Positions 41,401 to 49,316 of a stretch of 64,000 nt of DNA are shown here, piece by piece; positions within the stretch are counted from its first letter, which is position 1, and the number at the start of each line of letters is the position of its first letter. The notes below the pieces were generated by a model. The model worked only from the letters and a program-made list of their open reading frames with translations. It had not been told where the DNA came from and did no database searches. A program made the translations under genes and the position numbers. This DNA is from Mycoplasmatota bacterium (lineage in GTDB: Bacteria > Bacillota_I > Bacilli_A > Izemoplasmatales > Hujiaoplasmataceae), in the NCBI GenBank assembly GCA_023132365.1, contig JAGLYJ010000001.1, forward strand, positions 1,063 to 65,062, given 5' to 3'.

Positions 41401-41769
41401 CTTGTCTTCATCGCTAATCTCAGCTAACTCATCTGGATCACTTGTTAAGAATTTTAACTGAAGCAATTTTTCAGCAATTTCTTCATCTGTGACATCATCT
41501 ATATAATCTTCTAAGATAAGTGAATCGACTAAAAATAATAATTGTTGAACACCATCATTACTTTTAACATTCTCAAAAATTTCTTCATTTGTAATTTCAT
41601 ACAATACATTGCCACTACTATCAACTCTTTGATAAAAAACGCCATCAGGATCTGATAAGCTTGGGTAGTAGGTATTCCCAGTAGCGAACGCAAGCACTAC
41701 AGCCCCTAAAACTATAGCCGTTACTACTGAAACTATGACAAGTACTTTTTTTGTAAATATACCTTTCAT
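38434..41769 (-). CDS. Very large acidic membrane-anchored protein, PrsA/parvulin-like with an inserted Ig-like domain
   Basis: N-terminal TM; NVSHIL and TQFGLHIIRV parvulin-type motifs; Ig-like LPT...IVWT...TGEVVNP...VELTYTI...ITVTV; convergent with yhaM as prsA is in Bacilli. Confidence 0.7.
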   Translation of the reverse strand: MKGIFTKKVLVIVSVVTAIVLGAVVLAFATGNTYYPSLSDPDGVFYQRVDSSGNVLYEITNEEIFENVKSNDGVQQLLFLVDSLILEDYIDDVTDEEIAEKLLQLKFLTSDPDELAEISDEDKQELEKSFGQLMILSGFESNPDDYAKLMVAREKFVWDTAIENDEVREIDVVQAYINSYFEDISAIKIRFTSINDADAVLQKYNLLSLLNRGLREYNGYIFIDEEEKDASDTNIAEAYISIDTYYFDEDDNILDLDDEIIYELGANDIYTDTDSEEYHLNVAGDLLDISEVIISNTVIFATKTEAQTHKDNNSEFYTVDRTDPFDMSETIQVLDSTAAVAFTIDPDGHIWDTGSNDVTYTTDLVVNKVFTAIEDVNVPTSNNSTELDDDEVLAKYIEMYNYVYGLYRDSLPVGGTVEDLVALDNEDLLFNYSEESKTKSAVTDYMFKSLSIEHDTRYSIHPVTLQTGSSNSYYLMYKLTEADKEDVSSVLFDSIETTINLPSSIGTSIELPTSSYYDSTIVWTTDDTDIMSITGEVVNPTTDTEVELTYTITCLGDMRTNSITVTVLSEGENSEVVDLSETPLEYKDVVNNLTAYLDLESELFNDYVYGANGQTNINTTLNDTRTDLGFKINDYYIALDYKNIDTSYVFEGNGDKTILASLDKTLDSETAVEITADDLLEYAITKNAALYTVYTSQFKELISSSYYEDVFGTQTNVQRNNSDRMDEMYNQIDQAKQYYTYLQNLYAQYGLSFNYNSFQDYAFSQFDVKTELGLLKYFVAADLQPYLINETNEVEGIVEKLLPTVQENYENYFSLNVSHILTYIDFDEDGNADDFTEYYESLTPAELSVFDALRADLENTLNDYTGTFAELISEYSDATREDETWGRFKQNGFFMMTEDLNIVDKDDNTITHSLNYNGQYGVKGLFVEEYVDALIALYQEYQNPLNVDLDELYSNTVDTQFGLHIIRVTQGDDFDKPTFEFAEEDSANPQFSVGLENSEETPTLEQIELYAQYKFYTLIYDMSQVDVEEKYGIDAPKFPESLSLAFNAYFEDLISSTYVIAVLNVNMAERLGDGQFMTNDYSSKTDQQLKDMLVDVYDIYYDAVFGDYTTE

Positions 41770-41956
41770 CTATAACACTCCTTACTAATTTTCGCAATTT
41801 CTATGATATCATCATTTTGCATTAAAAACAATAATATTATTGTGATAATTTTATGATTTATGCTTGTCGCTTATGTTTTAATAGTCTTTTAAACATATAA
41901 TATATATATATTTTAATAATAATCATAAGCAAATAACTGACGTAATTACATAAATA

Positions 41957-41985
41957 TTGACAAAATAGGCATAATAATTTATAAT
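41957..41985 (+). promoter_or_regulatory. Consensus sigma-70 promoter driving the riboswitch leader
   Basis: TTGACA (41957)-17nt-TATAAT (41980), a perfect consensus. Confidence 0.88.
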
Positions 41986-41987
41986 GA

Positions 41988-42068
41988 ACAGTGTAAATAG
42001 CAAAGCTAATGAAAGTTAGTGACGCAAAGCTATAGGGCCTTCGAGAGATGGTAGCCAGTTGCCGTTGT
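41988..42068 (+). ncRNA. GEMM-I (c-di-GMP-I class) riboswitch aptamer, A20 variant
   Basis: GC-AAA-GCTAAT-GAAA-GTTAGT-GAC-GC-AAA-GCTATAGGGCCT...ATGGTAGCCAGTTGCC matches the GEMM-I P2/GNRA loop/P3 architecture; upstream of GGDEF/EAL genes. Confidence 0.92.
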
Positions 42069-42092
42069 CAATTATGACGAGGGCATTTTTTT
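42060..42092 (+). terminator. Riboswitch expression-platform terminator overlapping the aptamer 3' end
   Basis: TGCCgTTGTCA-atta-TGACGAgGGCA-TTTTTTT. Confidence 0.85.
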
Positions 42093-42313
42093 ATTCTTAG
42101 AAGTAAAAAAATGCGAGTCATAGACAAGGGCTCATTTTTATATACAGATTTTGAAGATAATAAAGAAGATTTACACAAGGTTATGATTTAGATGATAGTT
42201 TTGTGATAAAATATACTGGTTGAATAACATTAGCCACATCATACTATACGGTTTCAAATATCGCCGTTTCATTATAATACCATATATAACTGAACAAGTA
42301 GTGGGAGATTAAT

Positions 42314-44902
42314 ATGCCAAAAAAGAAGACGCGTTCCAAACAAAAAGGAAAAAAGAAAAGAGTTATAAAAGAAAATAGCTTGATTAGAAAAATCGGTAGT
42401 CTTACTGTCTTTTTAGATGCGGTATTTTTAGTGATTATTTTAGGGACTGCTTTATTCTTATATTATTTTAATTTAAATAGTGACAGAGTTGATAATTCTA
42501 GTTACCAAAATCAAGTTGTTGAGACGATGTTTGCGGATATTGTTAATGATGTTAAATCTGATGTTCATAAGCTAGCACAAGACGAGGATATTATTGATTA
42601 CATAAAATATATAAATAGCGGGAACAATCCTGTTATATTAGAAGCTGATGTGAATTATAATATTTTATTAAATTATCTAAACAAAGCTGGCTCAATTGTG
42701 GATTACCAAAAAGATGATTTGTATGACTTAGCATATATAGCAACCGATATTGAATGTTCTTCTGGGACTGATGGTTGTGGTGTAACGCATGATGGGCAAC
42801 TCTCTTTGTCTGATTGGCAACTAACAAAAAGACCTTGGTATACGTCTTTATCAGCGAATGATGGAGTTTTAACAAGTCCATACGTCGACGGATTAACTGG
42901 CGATTATGTAATTAGTTATGTAGAGATTGTTTATGATAATCAAGCAGCGATAGGTTTTGTAGGCATTGATATTAAGTTAGAAAGTTTAGCTGTTTTGTTA
43001 AATGAATTTACTGAAGAAAGAATCCATGTAAACAGTGAAATAATTGTTGTTTCAGATTTGGAAACATCACCACAGATAATGTATTTTTCTAACGATCAAG
43101 ATTCTGAATATACTATGGAAGACATTAATGCTATAGAAGCTTTAGATGTGGCAAATGGGTATGGCGAATTAGGATTAAATTACATTATTAGTAATCCAGA
43201 TTTATCTGAGTATGAATCATTTAATCTGATAAGTGGAAAATATATAGTAATGCATTCTAAGATAGAAAACACACCGTTTACTACAATTACTTTATATAAT
43301 TTACCGCTAGGATTTGAAATAGAAATTATATTTATAATTTTATTAGCATTTTCAATTGGAGCGATAGCTTTAGTGACATTTTTAATAAGGAAATCAATTA
43401 AAAATTCTTTAAAACCAATAAATATAATATTATCTTCTATTGAACAGATTAAGAATGGTAATTATGAAACGCATGTAAATATAAGAGAAGCTAGTGAATT
43501 TAAAAAAATTGGGGACGCCATTAATATGATGTCTACAGAAATAGATCAGCAGCTAAAGGCAACTTATGATACTTTAGCATATGATATGCTAACCGGGCTT
43601 AAAAGTCGCGCATCTGCAACAGCAGAAGTTGATGAGACTATTTTTAAGTCGAATAAAAGAGCGGCAGTATGTTTGATTCAAGTTGGGAACCTAAAAAACA
43701 TTAATGTAACCAAAGGTAACTTAATTGGAGATAATTTAATTAAAGCAATTGCTGATGAGCTTAGAAAAGCTTTAAGGACAGAAACAAATCTATTCTCTAA
43801 TAGCGGAAATGAATTCGTATATATTAAAGACAATTTCAATTCTTTAGAGCAAGTTGAGTATACTTTAAGTCAATTGTTAATTCACTTTAAGGATCCTATA
43901 ATTGTTAAAAATCTTAAAGCAGAAATAAAGTTCTACATTGGAGTTTCTATTTACCCTACTGATGGTAGAGATTTGAATGAGTTAATTAAAAAATGTGATA
44001 CAGCACTATTTAAGGCAAATGAATTTGGCAATAAGAAAATTATTTTCTATAATGAAAAGATTGCAAGATCAGTTAGTTACCAAGCAGAAATTACCGAAAG
44101 GTTATCTCAGGCAGTTGATAAAGGCCAAATATATTTGAAATTTCAACCATTAATAAGAACTAATAATGAAGTATATGGGTTTGAAGCTTTAGCTAGGTGG
44201 AATTCACCAACTTTAGGTGAAATTGGACCAACAGTATTTATTGCTAATGCAGAGGAATCATATTTAATTATTCCATTAGGAACATGGATTTTAAGAAAAG
44301 CTTGTGAAACGCAAGTTCTTATTAGAAAAAAACTTGGAAAAGATTTTGTGATGAGTGTTAATATTTCACCAGTACAAATTTTGCAAAGAAATTTTATGAC
44401 AATTCTTAGAAACATTGTTAAGGAAACAGATATCAATCCTAATTTCTTGACGCTAGAAATAACAGAGGGCGTGTTTATTGAAGCGTCTGTAATGTTAGAA
44501 GATACCATTGAGGATTTGCACAGCATGGGTATTAAATTGTCGCTTGATGATTTTGGTACTGGGTATGCATCTCTAACATATTTGCGACAAATTAAATTTG
44601 ATAATCTTAAAATTGATAAATCATTTGTTGACGGTATATTTGGCAATGAAAAAGATCATAGAATTATTAGTACTATTGTTAATTTAGTTCATAATTTAGA
44701 TATGATAGTTATAGCAGAAGGAGTTGAAACAAGAAGGCAGTATGAATATTTAAGAGAAATATCAACAGATGTTATCCAGGGGTATATATTCTCGAAACCA
44801 CTAATAATTGATGATTTATATGAGTTTTTAGATAAATTTCATAAACTTTCAAAGACAAAAAGAGTAGAATATTTTTCTCAGAGAAATGAATCGAGGGAAT
44901 AG
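42314..44902 (+). CDS. Membrane sensor dCache-HAMP-GGDEF(degenerate)-EAL phosphodiesterase
   Basis: Two TMs flanking RPWY..SPYVD..GIDI; HAMP; GGDEF replaced by SGNEF; intact EAL motifs (FEALAR, SVNIS, LEITE, DDFGTGY, LKIDKSF, AEGVE, QGY). Confidence 0.92.
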   Translation: MPKKKTRSKQKGKKKRVIKENSLIRKIGSLTVFLDAVFLVIILGTALFLYYFNLNSDRVDNSSYQNQVVETMFADIVNDVKSDVHKLAQDEDIIDYIKYINSGNNPVILEADVNYNILLNYLNKAGSIVDYQKDDLYDLAYIATDIECSSGTDGCGVTHDGQLSLSDWQLTKRPWYTSLSANDGVLTSPYVDGLTGDYVISYVEIVYDNQAAIGFVGIDIKLESLAVLLNEFTEERIHVNSEIIVVSDLETSPQIMYFSNDQDSEYTMEDINAIEALDVANGYGELGLNYIISNPDLSEYESFNLISGKYIVMHSKIENTPFTTITLYNLPLGFEIEIIFIILLAFSIGAIALVTFLIRKSIKNSLKPINIILSSIEQIKNGNYETHVNIREASEFKKIGDAINMMSTEIDQQLKATYDTLAYDMLTGLKSRASATAEVDETIFKSNKRAAVCLIQVGNLKNINVTKGNLIGDNLIKAIADELRKALRTETNLFSNSGNEFVYIKDNFNSLEQVEYTLSQLLIHFKDPIIVKNLKAEIKFYIGVSIYPTDGRDLNELIKKCDTALFKANEFGNKKIIFYNEKIARSVSYQAEITERLSQAVDKGQIYLKFQPLIRTNNEVYGFEALARWNSPTLGEIGPTVFIANAEESYLIIPLGTWILRKACETQVLIRKKLGKDFVMSVNISPVQILQRNFMTILRNIVKETDINPNFLTLEITEGVFIEASVMLEDTIEDLHSMGIKLSLDDFGTGYASLTYLRQIKFDNLKIDKSFVDGIFGNEKDHRIISTIVNLVHNLDMIVIAEGVETRRQYEYLREISTDVIQGYIFSKPLIIDDLYEFLDKFHKLSKTKRVEYFSQRNESRE

Positions 44903-44904
44903 TT

Positions 44905-46425
44905 ATGAATATAATAAAATTTGCAGCATCAGGACCAGATGCATTTGAATTAGTAGCTGCGATAGTAATAATTGCATTAACAGGAGTTGCATTATTTTTT
45001 CTTTATCGAAATTTAGTTCATGAAATGAGAGAAATTAGAAAGAATAAGAAAGCAATTAGTGATGAAGATGAAATGCTTGAAGATTCTGGAGATGATGTTA
45101 GTAAGTTATTAACTGATGTTGATGAACCAAAAGTCAAAAATATACTTTCTTTTATTGAATATGCAGTTAAAAAAACACCTGAAGGTAAATTAGGCGTTTT
45201 GTATTATGTTAATATTGACAACTTTAAAACAGCTGTAGCAGATATCTATGATGAAAAAACTATTGACAAGGTTATCCAAGAGATTGAAAAGAAATTAGGC
45301 AAGTATTGTTCAAAAGAAGCTTTATTTGGGCACTTGGAAGAAGATACTTTTCTTTATTATTATAAAGACACAGTTGATACTGAACATATAAGTTCTATTG
45401 GCGATGAGTTGTTAGAACTCTTTAGAGAACCATTAAAATCGATTGAAGACAATTTAACGGCCTCTATTGGGGCTGCTGTTTATCCTTATGACGGAATTAA
45501 TGCTAAACAATTATTGAAAAATGCGGAGCTTGCAACATATGTATCAAAAAAAGAGAGTAAGAATAGTTTTAAAATGTTTTCTGAAGATTTGATTCAGAGT
45601 GAAAAATTTAACATTGATTATTATCAAGAAATTAAGAAATCAATTAAGAATGATGAATTTATTCTGTACTATCAAGCAATAATTGATATTAAAACGGGTC
45701 GCATCATCGGATTAGAGTCATTGCTAAGATGGAATCATCCTAAAATGGGCATCTTACCTCCATCAAGATTTATTAATGTTATGGAACTTACAGGAGATAT
45801 TGTTTGGTTTGGTGCTTGGGGGTTTGAAAAAACAGTTGCTCAATTTAAATTTTGGACCCAAAAATACAGAGTAAGAGATATGTTTATTTCTACAAACTTA
45901 AGTCCAAAGCAATTAGAAGTATCCGGGTTACCAGAACAGTTCTTCAAAATTACAGAGAAGTATGGATTAAGCCCTGAAAGATTTTGTTTAGAAATAATTG
46001 ATTATTATGGTATTCTAAAAAATCAGGCAGCGATGCAAAATATAGCTAAATTTAGAAAGTATGGATTTAGAATTGCGATAGATGATGTTGGACCTGATTT
46101 TGCAATTATCCAAGATATGAAAGATATTATTCCAGGAATATTTAAAATAACTAGAGCATTTGTAACTCAATTATATGAAAATGGGGAAGATATAAATCAG
46201 ATTAAGACAGTTATTAAAAATGCAAAAGAAAATTCAAAGATTGTTATCGCAGAAGGATTAGAGAACGAATCTATGATTCAAGCAATTTATGATAATGATG
46301 TTAGATTCATGCAGGGGTATTTCTTTAATCATCCACAATCAGTTGATGAAATAGAAGTGGTTCTTAATGATCCACCATGGGATATGTCAACATTTAATCA
46401 CATAACAAATAAAAAGGAGCTTTAA
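44905..46425 (+). CDS. Single-TM GGDEF-EAL protein, both domains degenerate
   Basis: GGDEF replaced by EEDTF; ESL, LEIID, DDVGPDF and FKITRAF depart from the catalytic consensus. Confidence 0.88.
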   Translation: MNIIKFAASGPDAFELVAAIVIIALTGVALFFLYRNLVHEMREIRKNKKAISDEDEMLEDSGDDVSKLLTDVDEPKVKNILSFIEYAVKKTPEGKLGVLYYVNIDNFKTAVADIYDEKTIDKVIQEIEKKLGKYCSKEALFGHLEEDTFLYYYKDTVDTEHISSIGDELLELFREPLKSIEDNLTASIGAAVYPYDGINAKQLLKNAELATYVSKKESKNSFKMFSEDLIQSEKFNIDYYQEIKKSIKNDEFILYYQAIIDIKTGRIIGLESLLRWNHPKMGILPPSRFINVMELTGDIVWFGAWGFEKTVAQFKFWTQKYRVRDMFISTNLSPKQLEVSGLPEQFFKITEKYGLSPERFCLEIIDYYGILKNQAAMQNIAKFRKYGFRIAIDDVGPDFAIIQDMKDIIPGIFKITRAFVTQLYENGEDINQIKTVIKNAKENSKIVIAEGLENESMIQAIYDNDVRFMQGYFFNHPQSVDEIEVVLNDPPWDMSTFNHITNKKEL

Positions 46426-46439
46426 GCTCCTTTTTTTTA
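46411..46439. terminator. Bidirectional terminator
   Basis: AAAAAGGAGCT-tta-AGCTCCTTTTT. Confidence 0.8.
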
Positions 46440-47042
46440 TTTGAACATTCCGTTTTTAAGTATTTTCATAGATTCTTCAACAACATAATCAATATCAATA
46501 TCATCGGATTCTTGATTAAAAATTACTTGTAATCCAACAAAATTGGATATACCCATTAAAACATATGATACAGTTTTTAAATCTATATCGTCTCTTAATT
46601 CACCGCTTTGAACTGCGCTTTTTAGATGATACAAATATGATTCAGCAAATGATTTGTAGTAATTCATGAAGATGGTATAGTCTACAAATAACGACTCCCA
46701 AACTATTTTATATGCTAAAGGATCTTTTTTAACATATGTGATAAAAGCTTTTAATCCTGCTTTTTCTATATCATATCTAGACGTTAATCCTTCAATTGCA
46801 TTAGTTGAAGCTTGTCGAATTTTAACTCTATATTCTTCTAAAAGATACATATATAAAGCTAGTTTATTATCAAAATAAATATAAAAGGTACCTGCGGCAA
46901 CCTTGGCTTTTGCTATGATATTGTTAATAGATGTACTTTGATATCCATCTTTTGCATAAAGCAATCTACCGGCTCTAATTATTTTCTTAAATGATCTTTC
47001 GCCGACTTTTGTTTTTGGCAGACGGTAAGTTTGTTTTTTCAT
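46437..47042 (-). CDS. TetR/AcrR-family transcriptional regulator
   Basis: GYQSTSINNIIAKAKVAAGTFYIYFDNK HTH; ATG at 47042 after GGTGA. Confidence 0.94.
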   Translation of the reverse strand: MKKQTYRLPKTKVGERSFKKIIRAGRLLYAKDGYQSTSINNIIAKAKVAAGTFYIYFDNKLALYMYLLEEYRVKIRQASTNAIEGLTSRYDIEKAGLKAFITYVKKDPLAYKIVWESLFVDYTIFMNYYKSFAESYLYHLKSAVQSGELRDDIDLKTVSYVLMGISNFVGLQVIFNQESDDIDIDYVVEESMKILKNGMFK

Positions 47043-47091
47043 TTTATCACCAAATTTATTGTATATCAACTACCTTGAAAATACAAGACTA

Positions 47092-47127
47092 AACTGAAAA
47101 ATCATTCATATGAATAATATCTCATAT
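47092..47127. promoter_or_regulatory. Two overlapping imperfect operator copies upstream of tetR
   Basis: AACTGAAAAATCATTCATAT and ATATGAATAATATCTCATAT both resemble the perfect palindrome at 47294. Confidence 0.6.
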
Positions 47128-47255
47128 TTTTAGAATTAATACTCATTGAAAACAACTTGAGTTTAAAAACGCTGTTTTTGGCGATATTCTTGTTGTGTGG
47201 CTGTTTTTAGAGAAAACGCATTATTTATGTAAATATTTTCATTTGATGAAAGCGC

Positions 47256-47284
47256 TTGACAATTTTGATAAAATAGAATAAAAT
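47256..47284 (+). promoter_or_regulatory. Promoter of the thiolase operon
   Basis: TTGACA-17nt-TAAAAT. Confidence 0.8.
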
Positions 47285-47293
47285 TTAATAAAA

Positions 47294-47313
47294 ATATGAA
47301 TAAATATTCATAT
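47294..47313. promoter_or_regulatory. Putative TetR operator (perfect 9-2-9 palindrome)
   Basis: ATATGAATA-AA-TATTCATAT just downstream of the predicted transcription start. Confidence 0.75.
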
Positions 47314-47345
47314 GTAAATGCAAAATATATTCAAGGAGGCAGTTT

Positions 47346-48554
47346 GTGAATAAAAAAGTTTTTGTAGTTGGTGCTAAAAGAAGTCCTATTGGTGCTTTTT
47401 TAGGTGCGTTAAAAGATGTACACCCTAGCGATATAGGAGTTCAAGTACTATCAAAATTATTAGAAGAGACGAAAGTCCCTAAAGAAGAAATATCAGAAGT
47501 TATTGTTGGAAATATTTTACCCGCTAATATAGGTCAAGGTATTGCAAGACAAATATCTATCGGATCTGGTATTCCTGAAACAGTTCCAGCATATTCACTT
47601 AATATGGTATGTGGTAGTGGGATGAAGTCAATTATGAATGCATATATAGGAATTCAATCAGGGTTTAGCGAATTAGTTGTAGCTGGTGGAGTTGAGTCAA
47701 TGTCTGGTGCTCCATTCATGGTTTCTGGTAGATCAAGATCGGGACATAAAATGGGAGCGATGAACGTTGAAGATCATATAATTAAAGATGCATTAACTGA
47801 CGCTTTTGGAAAAATGCATATGGGTATTACTGCTGAAAATATTGTTGATAAACATAATATTTCCAGAGTAGCGCAAGATAAATTTGCTTATGAATCACAA
47901 AGAAAAGCAATTAATGCAGTTGATTCTGACAGATTTAAAGATGAAATTATTCCTATTGAAATAAAAACAAGAAAAGGAGTTATTGTTTTCGATACAGATG
48001 AATATCCTAATAGAAAAACTACTCCTGAAATACTTGCGAAACTAAGACCTGCTTTTAAAAAAGATGGGTCAGTTACAGCGGGGAATTCATCAGGTATTAA
48101 CGATGGAGCTTCTTTTGTAGTAGTTGCTAGTGAAGAAATGGTTAAAAAACATAATTTACCTGTTTTATGTGAAATTGTGGCTATAGGACAAGCTGGAGTA
48201 AATCCAAGCGTAATGGGATTAGGACCGGTACCAGCAGTAAGAAACACATTGAAATCAGCTGAAATGAATTTATCTGATATGGATTTAATAGAATTAAATG
48301 AAGCTTTTGCTTCTCAATCTATTGGAGTTGTTACTGAATTAGCAGAAGAACATGATTTAACTATGTCTGAAATATTTGAAAGAACTAATGTTAATGGTGG
48401 AGCTATTGCTTTAGGTCACCCAGTTGGAGTTTCAGGTAACAGAATAGTTGTTACTTTAATACATGAACTAATGAAAAGAGAATTAAATATCGGTTTGGCT
48501 AGCTTATGTATCGGCGGTGGAATGGGAACTGGTATCATCATAAAAAGAAAGTAG
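47346..48554 (+). CDS. Acetyl-CoA C-acetyltransferase (thiolase)
   Basis: NMVCGSG, GGVESMS, ELNEAFA, NGGAIALGHP, LCIGGGMG. Confidence 0.95.
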   Translation: MNKKVFVVGAKRSPIGAFLGALKDVHPSDIGVQVLSKLLEETKVPKEEISEVIVGNILPANIGQGIARQISIGSGIPETVPAYSLNMVCGSGMKSIMNAYIGIQSGFSELVVAGGVESMSGAPFMVSGRSRSGHKMGAMNVEDHIIKDALTDAFGKMHMGITAENIVDKHNISRVAQDKFAYESQRKAINAVDSDRFKDEIIPIEIKTRKGVIVFDTDEYPNRKTTPEILAKLRPAFKKDGSVTAGNSSGINDGASFVVVASEEMVKKHNLPVLCEIVAIGQAGVNPSVMGLGPVPAVRNTLKSAEMNLSDMDLIELNEAFASQSIGVVTELAEEHDLTMSEIFERTNVNGGAIALGHPVGVSGNRIVVTLIHELMKRELNIGLASLCIGGGMGTGIIIKRK

Positions 48555-48563
48555 GTAGTAATA

Positions 48564-49283
48564 ATGAGATTAGAAGGTAAAATAGCAGTTGTTACTGGAG
48601 CTGCAAAAGGAATTGGTAAAGAAATAGCAATAGAATTTGCTAGAGAAGGTGCCAAAGTTATCGCTTGTGATATGGCAGAGATGACTTATGAAATGGAAAA
48701 TGTTGATTATTTTAAATTGAATGTTGCTGATTCAGAAGGCTGTAAAGTGTTCTTTGATGCAGCAATTGAAAAATATGGACAAATTGACATCTTAGTAAAC
48801 AACGCTGGTATAACAAGAGACTCAATGACTAGAAAAATGACTGATGCACAATGGAATCTTGTTTTAGATGTTAACTTAAAAGGTGTTTTCAATTTAGTAA
48901 GATATATTGGACCACAAATGGAAACTATTGGTGGAGGATCAATTATTAATGTTTCTTCAGTAGTTGGAGTATTTGGAAATATTGGTCAAGCTAATTATGC
49001 AGCTACAAAAGCAGGGATAATTGGTTTAACTAAAACATGGGCTAAAGAATTTGCTAGAAAAGGTGTTCCTGTAAGAGTTAATGCAATTGCACCTGGATAT
49101 ACTATGACAGATATCTTAAAAACAGTTCCTCAAGAGTTGTTAGACAAATTTGCTAAATTGACAATGTTAAAACGTTTAGGACAACCAGAAGAAATTGCTA
49201 AAGCAACATTATTTTTAGCTAGTAATGATGCTTCATATGTTACTGGTCAAACAATTCAAGTTGATGGTGGAATGAGACTTTAA
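48564..49283 (+). CDS. 3-oxoacyl-CoA/ACP reductase (PhaB/FabG-like SDR)
   Basis: TGAAKGIG, NNAGITRD, GNIGQANYAATK, VNAIAPG. Confidence 0.92.
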   Translation: MRLEGKIAVVTGAAKGIGKEIAIEFAREGAKVIACDMAEMTYEMENVDYFKLNVADSEGCKVFFDAAIEKYGQIDILVNNAGITRDSMTRKMTDAQWNLVLDVNLKGVFNLVRYIGPQMETIGGGSIINVSSVVGVFGNIGQANYAATKAGIIGLTKTWAKEFARKGVPVRVNAIAPGYTMTDILKTVPQELLDKFAKLTMLKRLGQPEEIAKATLFLASNDASYVTGQTIQVDGGMRL

Positions 49284-49316
49284 TATTAATTTTTTAATCA
49301 AGAAAGATGTGATTTT

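Noticed and set aside
43580-43830. Hypr (cGAMP-synthesising) GGDEF in the riboswitch-controlled gene
   Set aside because: The specificity position is still Asp (LIGDN) and the catalytic residues are lost (QVG, SGNEF), so it is unlikely to be a cyclase at all.
47346-49283. phaA-phaB polyhydroxyalkanoate operon
   Set aside because: No PHA synthase or phasin is in the window; the context is a KAS-III-like enzyme plus an ABC transporter.
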